A stretch of DNA of 64,000 nt from Methylococcaceae bacterium (GTDB taxonomy: Bacteria; Pseudomonadota; Gammaproteobacteria; Methylococcales; Methylomonadaceae), in NCBI GenBank assembly GCA_947505105.1, contig CANNKG010000003.1, positions 987-64,986 on the forward strand. Direction: 5' to 3'. Positions 9,097-18,773 of this stretch are shown piece by piece; position 1 is the stretch's first letter, and every line of letters begins with the position of its first letter. The position numbers and the translations under genes are program-made. Below the pieces are notes generated by a model that worked only from the letters and a program-made list of their open reading frames with translations, did no database searches and was not told the DNA's origin.

Positions 9097-10274
9097 GCGC
9101 CCTCACCTTCTTTACCAGCCATTTTCGGATCGATGGCATCGCGGAAGGCTTCGCCAATCAGATTGTAAGCGAACACGGTTAGGAAAATCGCACCGCCCGG
9201 AAATAACGCCATCCACCAATTAAAATTGGACGATTTAACTGCTTGGTCGAGCATTTGTCCCCAAGAAGGTGCATCAACAACCCCCAAACCCAAAAAGCTT
9301 AAAGTCGCTTCAGCCAAAATCGCACCGGCGATGCCAAAACTCACCGAAACCAATAACGGTGCCACACCATTCGGCAACATATGCCTGAACAAAATGGAAC
9401 TAAGCGGCAAACCACTCGCCACTGCCGCCTGGACATAATCCTGTTTGCGCAATTTCAAAAACTCAGTACGCACAAAGCGCGCATAGCCGGACCAACCGGT
9501 TACGCCGATAATCACCATCATCATATATAGGCTGCGCCCAAAAAACGCCACAAAGGTCAACAACAGAAACAAGGTCGGAATATCTTCGAAAATTTCGACC
9601 AAGCGCATACCGAGCATATCGACAATGCCTGAAAAATAGCCCATTAAACCACCAACGATAATGCCGATAAACAGCGCAATCCCTGAAGCAATCAAGCCAA
9701 TACTCAAGGCAATTCGGCACGCATGAATCATTCGACTCAAGACATCCGCGCCATTTTCTTCAGTCCCCATCCAATGGAGATGGCCTTGGGTTTGAAACGG
9801 GGCCTCAAGGCCCTTGCTGCCTAAATCACGCAAATAATCAGTTGGCGCATACGGAATCGGTGGCATGATCCGCCAATCAACCTCGGTAAAAGCCGGAGTG
9901 CGGAAATCGTCATAAATGACCAAAACCGGTGGTTTGACTAGACTATTCACGACTAATGCTGCCATTAAAATACCCGCGATAAACAGCCAAATCCGCTCCC
10001 CTAGGCCAAACGGTAATCGTTTGACGATCAAGGCCATCAAGAAACTGACCAAGACCCACACATCTTCGACCGATAAATAACGCAGCACTGGCGCAGAAAT
10101 TACGCCGTTCTTGCTCATCAGCAATGGCATCGAATTGGCCAGAAACGGTGCAAAGACCGCCGCAAATATCAACAATACTATCCAGGCGAAACCCGCCTTA
10201 ACTCCGATGCCATTTAGGGTTTTGCGCCAAATCCTCGCACCATAAGATTCTCGACTATTCGCCTGCTTAATCAT
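9093..10274 (-). CDS. yejE: ABC importer permease (YejE-like)
   Basis: It is a multi-TM protein of the Opp/Dpp permease family with the usual C-terminal region (EATLSFLGLG). Its ends overlap both neighbouring genes. Confidence 0.8.
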   Translation of the reverse strand: MIKQANSRESYGARIWRKTLNGIGVKAGFAWIVLLIFAAVFAPFLANSMPLLMSKNGVISAPVLRYLSVEDVWVLVSFLMALIVKRLPFGLGERIWLFIAGILMAALVVNSLVKPPVLVIYDDFRTPAFTEVDWRIMPPIPYAPTDYLRDLGSKGLEAPFQTQGHLHWMGTEENGADVLSRMIHACRIALSIGLIASGIALFIGIIVGGLMGYFSGIVDMLGMRLVEIFEDIPTLFLLLTFVAFFGRSLYMMMVIIGVTGWSGYARFVRTEFLKLRKQDYVQAAVASGLPLSSILFRHMLPNGVAPLLVSVSFGIAGAILAEATLSFLGLGVVDAPSWGQMLDQAVKSSNFNWWMALFPGGAIFLTVFAYNLIGEAFRDAIDPKMAGKEGEGA

Positions 10275-11343
10275 AACTGACCCTCGGATCGGCTAGCGTG
10301 TAGCAAAAATCGGCAATCAAATAGCCAACCAAGGTCAGAAAGCCGCTAATCCAGGTAATCGACAACACTAATTCGCGATCTCGCCCTTTAACCGCTTCGA
10401 CTGCAAGTTGCCCCATGCCGTTGATACTGAATATATTTTCGACGATCAGGGAACCTGCCAGTAAACTCGGCAATAGCCCGGCCGAAATGGTGATCAAGGG
10501 CAATAAGCTGTTGCGGAACACATGTCGCCATAAGACATCATGCTCAGCCAGACCTTTGGCGCGTGCTGTTCGGGCGTAATCGGAATGCAGATTTTCAAGA
10601 ATGGAGGTACGCGTCAATTTCGCCAAGGCCGCAAAACCCCCATAAGATAGACAAAGCACCGGCAAGATTAAATGCCAGATGCGATCCAGGAGGAATCCGC
10701 GTACAAAACCGCTTGCTTCCCAATGCGGCAAAAAAGGCATATCCTGCGCCTCTCGACTCCCGATACCGGAAGTTGGAAACCACTGAAAATATTGCACGTT
10801 GGCGAAAAAACCCAACAGCAGCACACCCGCCAACATGGTCGGAATCGACCATAAGGCCAGCATCGACATGCCCATGCCGACATCAAAAGAGCCGCCGCGC
10901 TGGGTCGCTGATTTCATACCCACCCAAATCGCAATTAAATAGGTAAACGGCAGCGTAACTAGATTCAATAACAGGGTAATAGGAATACGTTCAGCAAGAA
11001 TGTCCGACACGGGCCGACCATATTGAAAACTGGTGCCTAAATCCATGCCTTTGGTGAATGAAAAATCACCTTGCTTACCCTGAGGATCGGTCACAAAACC
11101 AATCGGTGATACGTTATTGAGCCAACGCAAATATTGCACCGGCAGCGGCTTATCAAGGCCATAACGTTTATTGTAATAATTTTGAAGCGCCTGTCGCTCT
11201 TCCGGCTTCATATCCATGCCGCCGACCAGGGCCTGAGGACTAATCCCGCCCGGCGACATCGCCATCACCGAAAAAACCAACACGGTAATGCCTAACAAGG
11301 TCGGAATCATCAGCAACAAGCGTCGCATTAAATATGTCAACAT
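10267..11343 (-). CDS. yejB: ABC importer permease (YejB-like)
   Basis: The N-terminus MLTYLMRRLLLMIPTLLGITVLVF is typical of OppB/DppB/YejB-type permeases, and the EAA-loop region contains YARTARAKGL. Confidence 0.8.
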   Translation of the reverse strand: MLTYLMRRLLLMIPTLLGITVLVFSVMAMSPGGISPQALVGGMDMKPEERQALQNYYNKRYGLDKPLPVQYLRWLNNVSPIGFVTDPQGKQGDFSFTKGMDLGTSFQYGRPVSDILAERIPITLLLNLVTLPFTYLIAIWVGMKSATQRGGSFDVGMGMSMLALWSIPTMLAGVLLLGFFANVQYFQWFPTSGIGSREAQDMPFLPHWEASGFVRGFLLDRIWHLILPVLCLSYGGFAALAKLTRTSILENLHSDYARTARAKGLAEHDVLWRHVFRNSLLPLITISAGLLPSLLAGSLIVENIFSINGMGQLAVEAVKGRDRELVLSITWISGFLTLVGYLIADFCYTLADPRVSYD

Positions 11344-11358
11344 CGGGGTTCGCTCCTG

Positions 11359-13212
11359 CTATTGGGTATATTTTTGCTGGGCAACCGGCACATAGTTTTC
11401 AAGCGGCAAGTTACCCAGGTTCAAGCCCAGCTTGGTCATTTGCACGTTATGAATGCGCTTGTCGACAAACAGCAAACTCTTGCGTCGGGTCATAAAGGTG
11501 TACGGCTGATCTTCATAAAGAATGCGCTCAGCTTGCTGCCACAAAGGCATACGCTTAGCTTCATCGACGGTGCGCCGCGCTTGTTCGATCAGTTTGTCGA
11601 GTTCCGGATTTTTATAGCTGACATAATTATCACCGTTACTTTTGGCCTGCGAACTGTGAAATGCCTGATATAAATCGGTTTCAATGCCGCTGGTCCAGCC
11701 GATGCTAATAGCATCGAAATCTTTTTTGTTGATATTTTCAAGCATCACCGGCCATTCTTGCGGCGATGGAATCATGCGAATCCCGGCTCTGGCATACAAA
11801 TCTTTCAACAATAGCACCATGCGCTTGGTATCTTCGTTGGCTTGAAAATAAGTCAATTTGAATTCGAACGGCTGATTGGCTGAATCTTCCAAAACCCCGT
11901 CACCATTGCGATCCGAGTAACCTGCTTCTTGCAATAAGGCTTTGGCTTTATCTACATCAAATGTATAAGGCTGCAAACTCGCATCATGTTGTTTACTACT
12001 GGTGCTGAACGGACTGACGGCGGGTTCTGCGTAATCTAAATAGACATCTTTAATAATACGGCTCACGTCGGTCAAATAGCTCATCGCCTGTCTAACCCGT
12101 TTATCGGCAAAGCGAGTCGCTTTACCGGCCCGGAGCTGATTCCAGCCAATATAATAATACCCGACCACTGGCGGCATATATTCGAAATTCTGACTTTTCG
12201 CCTGAATTTGGCTGTCGTTTTTCAATTCCAGATATTCCAAAGGCCGAGCCGAGTACGAATCCAGCTCGCCGTTACGATAAGTGGTCAAACGGGCGCTGTC
12301 GTTCTGAATGATTTTCCACAAAATCCGGTTATAAGTTGGCTGCACATCGCCCCAATAACGCTCGTTACGCACTAATTCGACATTGCCCTTGTCCGGTGTC
12401 CAGCCTTTGGGATCGACCAAGCGATACGGACCACTCCCCAATAACAAGCCTTTAGATTCGTTAAATTTTTGTGCTTCTTTCAAATAGGGGCTGTAAAAAT
12501 GCTTGGGTAAAATAGCAATCCCTCCCGCGAGCGACAAGGCCTCAAAATACGGTTCTTTAAAAGTAAAAACTACTTCATAATTGCCATTAGCCTTAACGGT
12601 TTTAATTTTGTCCAAATAAGCGCGTTCGCGGGGCGCTTGAATCGCCTCAGTCATAATAAAATTAAAACTAAACACCACATCGTCAGCCGTTAATGGTTGG
12701 CCATCGGAAAAACTCACATCGTCACGCAATTGGAAACTGATCACCAAACCATCGTCACTGACGCTCCAAGCTTTAGCAATCAAGCCTTCCCATTCCAAGG
12801 TATCGGGATTACGGGTCAGAAGACTTTCGAGCACATAACTTTGGACATTCGCGGCATAGGCATCGCTTGAAACCAAGGGCGTGATGGTTTTGAGATTGGT
12901 TGAAAACGCATCGACACTCCAATCGCCTTTTGCATAATCCGGCAGTCGGGTCGCTGCTTTCGCGCGTTTAAATGCCTGGGTAACTTCACCGTCGGCAACG
13001 GAATTTGTGGCTTGCGCGCTTGTTAATACGCCGGAAGTGATTACGCTCCGCAATTCTCGCAGGTCTTTCGACTGTTCCGACAATGCACCTTGCATTTCAG
13101 TCAGTTTCAGCCACTGTCGGTCAATTTGATACATCGCCAACAAAAGCATAAAAATCAGAATACTAAGCAGTAAATAGAGAAGCCAATCTCTGGACGTCAA
13201 TTGTTTTTGCAT
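11359..13212 (-). CDS. yejA: Family-5 peptide-type substrate-binding protein (YejA-like) with an uncleaved-looking N-terminal TM anchor and linker
   Basis: It is 617 aa and the first gene of the four-gene operon. Hydrophobic helix WLLYLLLSILIFMLLLAMY is followed by a charged/coiled segment before the SBP domain. Confidence 0.75.
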   Translation of the reverse strand: MQKQLTSRDWLLYLLLSILIFMLLLAMYQIDRQWLKLTEMQGALSEQSKDLRELRSVITSGVLTSAQATNSVADGEVTQAFKRAKAATRLPDYAKGDWSVDAFSTNLKTITPLVSSDAYAANVQSYVLESLLTRNPDTLEWEGLIAKAWSVSDDGLVISFQLRDDVSFSDGQPLTADDVVFSFNFIMTEAIQAPRERAYLDKIKTVKANGNYEVVFTFKEPYFEALSLAGGIAILPKHFYSPYLKEAQKFNESKGLLLGSGPYRLVDPKGWTPDKGNVELVRNERYWGDVQPTYNRILWKIIQNDSARLTTYRNGELDSYSARPLEYLELKNDSQIQAKSQNFEYMPPVVGYYYIGWNQLRAGKATRFADKRVRQAMSYLTDVSRIIKDVYLDYAEPAVSPFSTSSKQHDASLQPYTFDVDKAKALLQEAGYSDRNGDGVLEDSANQPFEFKLTYFQANEDTKRMVLLLKDLYARAGIRMIPSPQEWPVMLENINKKDFDAISIGWTSGIETDLYQAFHSSQAKSNGDNYVSYKNPELDKLIEQARRTVDEAKRMPLWQQAERILYEDQPYTFMTRRKSLLFVDKRIHNVQMTKLGLNLGNLPLENYVPVAQQKYTQ

Positions 13213-13339
13213 ATTATCAATTGGTTTTAAAAAAGATTATTGTTGACTTGTCCAACTTCGACAAAATACTGGACAGCACCCACTGGGTCATAGATACTTT
13301 ACCTATTCTAACAATAAAAGCAAACAAGAGGAGCTTCTA

Positions 13340-14122
13340 ATGGGTTTTATGCAAGGCAAACGCGTGTTAATCGTAGGCTTGGCCAGCAATCGTTCAATCG
13401 CCTGGGGTATCGCTAAAGCGATGCATCGTGAAGGTGCTGAGTTGGCGTTTACTTTTCAAAATGAAAAGCTGCAAAGTCGCGTTGAAGAAATGGCAACTGA
13501 ATGCAATTCCAAGATTGTCCTGGAATGCGATGTCAGTTACGATGAACATATTGACAATGTTTTCGTAGAATTAGCGAAACATTGGGATGGTCTAGATTGC
13601 ATCGTTCACTCAGTCGCATTTGCACCACGCGAAGCCTTAGACGGGGATTACGTCAACGCGACCACCCGTGATAACTTTAGAATCGCGCATGACGTCAGTT
13701 CTTATAGCTTTACCGCGTTGGCAAAAGCCGGTCGCGCACTGATGCAAGGTCGTAATGGCTCATTATTAACGCTGACTTATTTAGGCGCAGAACGCGCGAT
13801 TCCTAACTATAACGTCATGGGCGTTGCAAAAGCTAGCTTGGAAGCCAATGTACGCTACATGGCAGTCGCCTTGGGCGCTGAAGGAATTCGCGTCAACGCG
13901 ATCTCAGCCGGCCCGATCAGAACCCTCGCTGCCTCAGGGATTAACAATTTCAAAGCAATGCTGAGCAAAGCAGCCGACACCGCACCATTAAAGCGTAATG
14001 TCAGTATTGAAGAAGTGGGTAATGCCGCGGCGTTTTTATGCTCGGATTTAGCTTCAGGGATTACCGGAGAAATTACCTATGTGGATTGCGGCTATAATAT
14101 TGCAGGTCTAGCTGCTAGTTAA
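13340..14122 (+). CDS. fabI: Enoyl-ACP reductase (NADH) FabI
   Basis: [34 protein letters not shown] is the classic FabI N-terminus. A GAGGAG RBS lies upstream. Confidence 0.95.
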   Translation: MGFMQGKRVLIVGLASNRSIAWGIAKAMHREGAELAFTFQNEKLQSRVEEMATECNSKIVLECDVSYDEHIDNVFVELAKHWDGLDCIVHSVAFAPREALDGDYVNATTRDNFRIAHDVSSYSFTALAKAGRALMQGRNGSLLTLTYLGAERAIPNYNVMGVAKASLEANVRYMAVALGAEGIRVNAISAGPIRTLAASGINNFKAMLSKAADTAPLKRNVSIEEVGNAAAFLCSDLASGITGEITYVDCGYNIAGLAAS

Positions 14123-14147
14123 TCTAGCACCTAAAGGTTTACAGACA

Positions 14148-14181
14148 CCCATTTCCATTCACTGTGGAAATGGGGTTTTTA
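14148..14181 (+). terminator. Rho-independent terminator after fabI
   Basis: CCCATTTCCA-TTCACTG-TGGAAATGGG is followed by GTTTTTATT. Confidence 0.8.
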
Positions 14182-14198
14182 TTGGCTGAACAGATTAA

Positions 14199-14735
14199 TT
14201 AAAGCCCCGTCCTGACTAAGCGGACATGCAATTTACCGTACTTGAGATCGTAGTTGATATATCCGTTATAAAAGTTAACACTCCAAGATCGATCCAAATA
14301 AGGTGCAGTAGGGGTTGAGCTCCAGTAATAAGCAGATGGTGTCCTGGGGAAAATTGTTAAATCAATGGTTGGATTGACACAACTTATTTCCATTATCGAT
14401 ACCAGTTCATTCTTATTCGGCAAGCGCCAGTCAGAATAACCCGCAAAGACATAGGCCTGTGATTGTTGCAAAGCATCTTTCCAGCTGTAATTACTCGCCA
14501 GTTCGTTACAGGTCTTACCATCCCAAATCTGCCCGAGACTACAACGCATCCACATTAAACCCGTCTTCAGATTTGTCACTACACCTTTTGAATCATCGAA
14601 GACAAAATCACTTTTTGGCGTACTAGGCGTAATCAACGTTGGTTTACAATCTTGACCCGCCTGAACGCCGACAGACACAAGCATCAACAAACCTAATGAC
14701 AACCAAGCACTTGCAAGTCTATTCAAAGTATTCAT
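14199..14735 (-). CDS. Secreted DUF1566 (Lcl C-terminal domain-like) protein
   Basis: It has a signal peptide (SLGLLMLVSVGVQAG). GLMWMRCSLGQ...DWRLPNKNELVSI matches the DUF1566 signature. Confidence 0.8.
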   Translation of the reverse strand: MNTLNRLASAWLSLGLLMLVSVGVQAGQDCKPTLITPSTPKSDFVFDDSKGVVTNLKTGLMWMRCSLGQIWDGKTCNELASNYSWKDALQQSQAYVFAGYSDWRLPNKNELVSIMEISCVNPTIDLTIFPRTPSAYYWSSTPTAPYLDRSWSVNFYNGYINYDLKYGKLHVRLVRTGL

Positions 14736-14753
14736 TATCGTATTTCCTTTGAA

Positions 14754-15869
14754 TTACCGACCATCACGTACCACACGTACCCGATAGCGATTTTTTTTAT
14801 CTGAACCATAATTTACCGACCCATAATAGAAGTAGACACTCCATGCATCGCCGGAACCAATCGCGCGTGGCGTAGAGCTCCAATAATCATAAAGCGGGGT
14901 ATTCGGGAAGTAGTTTTGATCAATTGAAGGCGCAAACCGACTATTATCCACTAACGAGAGCAATTCTTGAAGATTAGGTAATCGCCAGTCTTTTTTACCG
15001 CAAAGCCCCATCGCATTGATCGCCTCTACATAAGACAGAGTATCGCATCGCGGTGAACCACTACAGCTTCCGCCATTGATAACCCCGTAACTACCCCCGT
15101 TATTCGAATTATCGGGATTATACCAACTATAAACATTATCCTGGTTTTGCAAATCACTTTGGGTACTATCTTTTTTAACTTCCCACCATAAACCGGAAGT
15201 ATTATCCTTGACACATGACCATAAAGCGGTCGGGTCGGTTATTAATTCACCCTTTGCGTCAATTTTAGTGTATTTGTTCTGATTAACCGCATATTCGGCA
15301 TCTTGTCCGGGATAATCCGCGACCGGGCAAGTTAAACCTACCTGATCCTCATTGGCACAGGCTTTGGTACCGGTATTGTTGGTTCGTTGAGTATAAGAAG
15401 TAAATGATATTGCATCCATGCTGTATTGATAATCAGCTCCCTGGACTTTATATCCCACATAAACATCGCCGACGCCCTTAAATCCCTGCAAACCATTAGC
15501 GATGGTCAATTTTTCTTGCGCAGATAAATTACGTTCAAGAACGGCTGGCACTAATTGTTGCATATCGGGGTAGGCCCAATTTAACCAGTTGCCATTATGA
15601 TCAAGCATAAACCATCGATTATCAGAAATAGTCACCACATAAAGGGCACCTATTTTGCCGACATCTTCCGAGGCAATCCCTAAAGTAATATAAATACTTA
15701 CCGTCTGAAGAGTGCTGATACTGGTTTTATAGAGCGTACCATCACTTGCTTGCACTTCAGGTATAGGCGAGTTATTTAAAGCTGCTCCGCCTGCCAGGGG
15801 GGTAATCAATAATGATCCACCCAAACAAACCAAGCGCGCAACATAAGTAAACAAACGATTATTCAGCAT
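14754..15869 (-). CDS. Secreted two-domain protein: unannotated N-terminal module plus C-terminal DUF1566 domain
   Basis: The ATG at 15869 is preceded by AAGGA, whereas the ORF-track start at 15884 is TTG. The C-terminus GLWWEVKKD...DWRLPNLQELLSLVD is the DUF1566 signature. Confidence 0.8.
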   Translation of the reverse strand: MLNNRLFTYVARLVCLGGSLLITPLAGGAALNNSPIPEVQASDGTLYKTSISTLQTVSIYITLGIASEDVGKIGALYVVTISDNRWFMLDHNGNWLNWAYPDMQQLVPAVLERNLSAQEKLTIANGLQGFKGVGDVYVGYKVQGADYQYSMDAISFTSYTQRTNNTGTKACANEDQVGLTCPVADYPGQDAEYAVNQNKYTKIDAKGELITDPTALWSCVKDNTSGLWWEVKKDSTQSDLQNQDNVYSWYNPDNSNNGGSYGVINGGSCSGSPRCDTLSYVEAINAMGLCGKKDWRLPNLQELLSLVDNSRFAPSIDQNYFPNTPLYDYWSSTPRAIGSGDAWSVYFYYGSVNYGSDKKNRYRVRVVRDGR

Positions 15870-16002
15870 CACAACATCCTTCAAAGGATATGATTTATAA
15901 AGTACAGAGTACGAACCAACGCATCTAACTTAACGAACAGCATAAAGTGGTTGGCCAATGATGCTCCAGATAAATAGCAATAACCAACCACTTTTAAGAC
16001 CA

Positions 16003-17859
16003 TTACTTATGGATAACCACATCAGCATCCGCTTCTAAATTGCTAATCGTCGCAGCAAAAATTGACTGACCAAAAGCTTTGGCAATATTTTTAGTGGCCA
16101 GTGCAAGCTGTTTCTTGTCTTCTTCGCTCATCACACCCGGTTTCACCTGAGCGATACTGACAACTGCCCGCTCACCCTTATCAAGTTCAACCGAAATCAA
16201 TGAAGGCTTCGTGCCGACTGGTTTGGGTGCTTTAAAAATTTCCTGAATTAATTGCCAAGGTAATTTATTGTTATTACGCACTAAACCAGGAAATTTTTGA
16301 ACGGCTAAATTATGTTCAGCAGCCACCGCTGCGATAGTAGAGCCGCCTTCTAGTTTTTTCTTAATATTATCGGCCATCTGCTGGTTTTGTTGTTTGGCTT
16401 TATCCGCTAAGACTGCAGCCGAAACCTTAGCTTCGACATCCTTAAGCGGCAATACCGTAGCAGGCTTATGTTCCAGCATACGAAGCACAACCAGACGGTT
16501 AGCACCTGCTTCAATCGCTTCACTATTATTTCCATTCAATACTTCTTCGGAAAAAGCGGCACTTTTGACTTTAGGCTCAACAAAAATACCATTTACGGAA
16601 TCTTTTGATTCCAGACCGGTTTTTTGGATGGTTAATTTTAAAGCTTCCGAAACAGGTCCTAAGGAACCACTATTTTCATAGCTCAATTGAGCTATCTTTT
16701 CACCAAGCTCATAAAATTTGTTTTCAGCCTGCGCTTTTTGGTAAGCCTTGGTAACCTCAGCTTTCACGTCCGCATAAGGTTTGGTTTCGCCTGGCACAAA
16801 TTCAGTTACTTTTATTAAATGATATCCGAATGACGTTTTAACCGGTTGTGAAACGGCGTTAAGTGCCAAAGTTCCTGCCGCCGCATCAAAATCCTTCTCC
16901 ATCACCCCAGCGTTGAATAGCCCCAAGTCTCCACCCTTCTCGGCAGAGAGCTTATCATCGGACATTTCTTTAGCTACCGCCGCAAAATCTTTTGTTTTAA
17001 GCGCCTCCTGGGCCTGCTGGGCTTTTTGTAAAGCCTGAGCTTCAGTCACATCTTTGCCGACCGCAAACAGAATATGACTTATCTTACGCCGCTCTTTGGT
17101 GGAATATTGATCTTTTTGATCCTGGTAATAGGCTTGCAGCTGCTCATCAGTAGCAGTTACTGCTTTAGCGAGCTCATCGACCGATAACTCAATATATTCA
17201 ACCGCAACTTGTTCAGGCGTCTGAAAAAGATCTTGATGCTGTTGATAATAATTTTGTAGTTCTTCTGCCGTCGGTGGAGTGGTAATTTTTGGCAGGGCCA
17301 CCGTTACATACTCAACATCACGCTGCTGATTTTGAATTTTAAAGAAGTTTTCAACTGCCGAAGGAGTTGCAAAGCTACTGTCCATAATCGCGCGCTGAAA
17401 CTGTTCCATGGTCATTGATTTTTTGACCCGTAAAGCAAATTGCGCTGATGACATGCCTTGGGAATTTAACAGCGCTTTATATTGCTTGTCATCAAATTTT
17501 CCATCAGTCTGAAAATAAGGCAAACTCTTGATAAAGTTTCGAGCATTTTCGTCTGAAATGACCAAGTTTTCATCTTCAACATACTGAAACAAGACTTCAT
17601 CGTTGATTAATTTCTTTAACGCCTGAGCTTTGATCACATCTTCGCCAAGATTCATCCCCGCATAATTCTGACTATATTGTGTCATTGCCTGGGTCACTTC
17701 ACGCTGAAAAAAATCTTTGTCGCCGACCGAAACAATCGGACGCTCTTTCCCGACATCAAGATAATTTTGAATTCCCCACAGGGCAAACGGAATAACAATC
17801 ATTAACAAAATCACCCACGCAAAAACCCCATGAAGTTTTTCTCTAATCTTTACCAGCAT
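16003..17859 (-). CDS. ppiD: Periplasmic chaperone / peptidyl-prolyl isomerase PpiD
   Basis: It has an N-terminal TM anchor, a parvulin-like segment (SDDKLSAEKGGDLGLF) and the conserved position downstream of lon-hupB. Confidence 0.9.
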   Translation of the reverse strand: MLVKIREKLHGVFAWVILLMIVIPFALWGIQNYLDVGKERPIVSVGDKDFFQREVTQAMTQYSQNYAGMNLGEDVIKAQALKKLINDEVLFQYVEDENLVISDENARNFIKSLPYFQTDGKFDDKQYKALLNSQGMSSAQFALRVKKSMTMEQFQRAIMDSSFATPSAVENFFKIQNQQRDVEYVTVALPKITTPPTAEELQNYYQQHQDLFQTPEQVAVEYIELSVDELAKAVTATDEQLQAYYQDQKDQYSTKERRKISHILFAVGKDVTEAQALQKAQQAQEALKTKDFAAVAKEMSDDKLSAEKGGDLGLFNAGVMEKDFDAAAGTLALNAVSQPVKTSFGYHLIKVTEFVPGETKPYADVKAEVTKAYQKAQAENKFYELGEKIAQLSYENSGSLGPVSEALKLTIQKTGLESKDSVNGIFVEPKVKSAAFSEEVLNGNNSEAIEAGANRLVVLRMLEHKPATVLPLKDVEAKVSAAVLADKAKQQNQQMADNIKKKLEGGSTIAAVAAEHNLAVQKFPGLVRNNNKLPWQLIQEIFKAPKPVGTKPSLISVELDKGERAVVSIAQVKPGVMSEEDKKQLALATKNIAKAFGQSIFAATISNLEADADVVIHK

Positions 17860-18080
17860 AACCCCTGTCCTTAAACCGCTAAATCAATAAGTTGGAATAT
17901 TTATTCTACGAAACAAAATATATACAGCGTACTACAAAATATACTCCAAAAGTTTAAGACACTTAACTAAAACTTCTTATTTTGAACGTTTATTTTGTTG
18001 CAAATTCATTTCAGGCAATTCGGATGCGGAACATTTCCCATGCCGACGCCAATTCTACGTGCTTTAATTTTTAACAAGCA

Positions 18081-18116
18081 AAAAAAAACCCCGAACCATA
18101 AAGCTCGGGGTTTTTT
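18081..18116 (-). terminator. Rho-independent terminator after the tRNA pair
   Basis: AAAAAAAACCCCGA...TCGGGGTTTTTT is a GC stem flanked by A/T runs, immediately 3' of tRNA-Asp on the minus strand. Confidence 0.75.
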
Positions 18117-18121
18117 GTTTT

Positions 18122-18198
18122 TGGCGGAGCGGACGGGGCTCGAACCCGCGACCCCCGGCGTGACAGGCCGGTATTCTAACCAACTGAACTACCGCTCC
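18122..18198 (-). tRNA. tRNA-Asp (anticodon GTC)
   Basis: The reverse complement GGAGCGGTAGTTCAGTTGGTTAGAATACCGGCCTGTCACGCCGGGGGTCGCGGGTTCGAGCCCCGTCCGCTCCGCCA is near-identical to E. coli tRNA-Asp as I recall it, including the encoded CCA. Confidence 0.97.
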
Positions 18199-18204
18199 TA
18201 AGTT

Positions 18205-18280
18205 TGGTGGGTGCTGAGGGGTTCGAACCCCCGACCCTCGCCTTGTAAGGGCGATGCTCTCCCAGCTGAGCTAAGCACCC
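18205..18280 (-). tRNA. tRNA-Val (anticodon TAC)
   Basis: The reverse complement is GGGTGCTTAGCTCAGCTGGGAGAGCATCGCCCTTACAAGGCGAGGGTCGGGGGTTCGAACCCCTCAGCACCCACCA. It has the anticodon loop CTTACAA and an encoded CCA. Confidence 0.97.
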
Positions 18281-18293
18281 GACTAAAGAAAAA

Positions 18294-18566
18294 CTAGTTT
18301 ACACCATCTCTAAGAGTTTTACCAGCCTTAAAAGAAGGAATTTTTGCCGCTTTGATGGTAATTTCTTCGCCGGTTTGTGGATTGCGGCCTTTGCGCTCAG
18401 CACGTTCTTTTACTGAAAAGGTTCCAAAGCCAACTAAAGCAACGGAGCCGCCATTACTCAGCTCATCAGACACAGCTTTGATAAAGCTGTCCAGAGCACG
18501 CGCAGTATCCGCTTTAGTTAATTTAGACTCATTCGCCATAGCATCAATAAGTTCCGATTTATTCAT
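18294..18566 (-). CDS. hupB: Nucleoid protein HU beta
   Basis: [11 protein letters not shown]...[24 protein letters not shown] is the canonical HU sequence. Confidence 0.97.
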   Translation of the reverse strand: MNKSELIDAMANESKLTKADTARALDSFIKAVSDELSNGGSVALVGFGTFSVKERAERKGRNPQTGEEITIKAAKIPSFKAGKTLRDGVN

Positions 18567-18649
18567 TATTCCCCCTTAGGAAGTCATTTTTTTTATAAAA
18601 TTAAATTTTGCAAAATCAGCCAGCTCCTTACCCACAACCATTACCGCAG

Positions 18650-18682
18650 CAAGAAAGAGCGCTATTTATACAATTGCGCTCT
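18650..18682 (-). terminator. Probable terminator after lon
   Basis: AGAGCGC (18656-18662) pairs with GCGCTCT (18676-18682) and is followed on the minus strand by TTTCTT. The stem is short. Confidence 0.45.
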
Positions 18683-18773
18683 CGACGTGTCAAGCTTTAA
18701 TAGTTAATATCCTCAGGATTATAAGGATTAATTCCTCACTGGAAACCTGCCTCATAAAATTCAAACTGTTTAA

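Noticed and set aside
17995-18201. 68-aa ORF overlapping tRNA-Asp
   Set aside because: It overlaps a canonical tRNA and its terminator on the opposite strand, so it is an artefact.
18081-18293. tRNA-Val/tRNA-Asp pair as a possible integration hotspot for a genomic island
   Set aside because: There is no integrase, no direct repeat of a tRNA 3' end and no foreign genes nearby. The flanks are the conserved hupB and ppiD genes.
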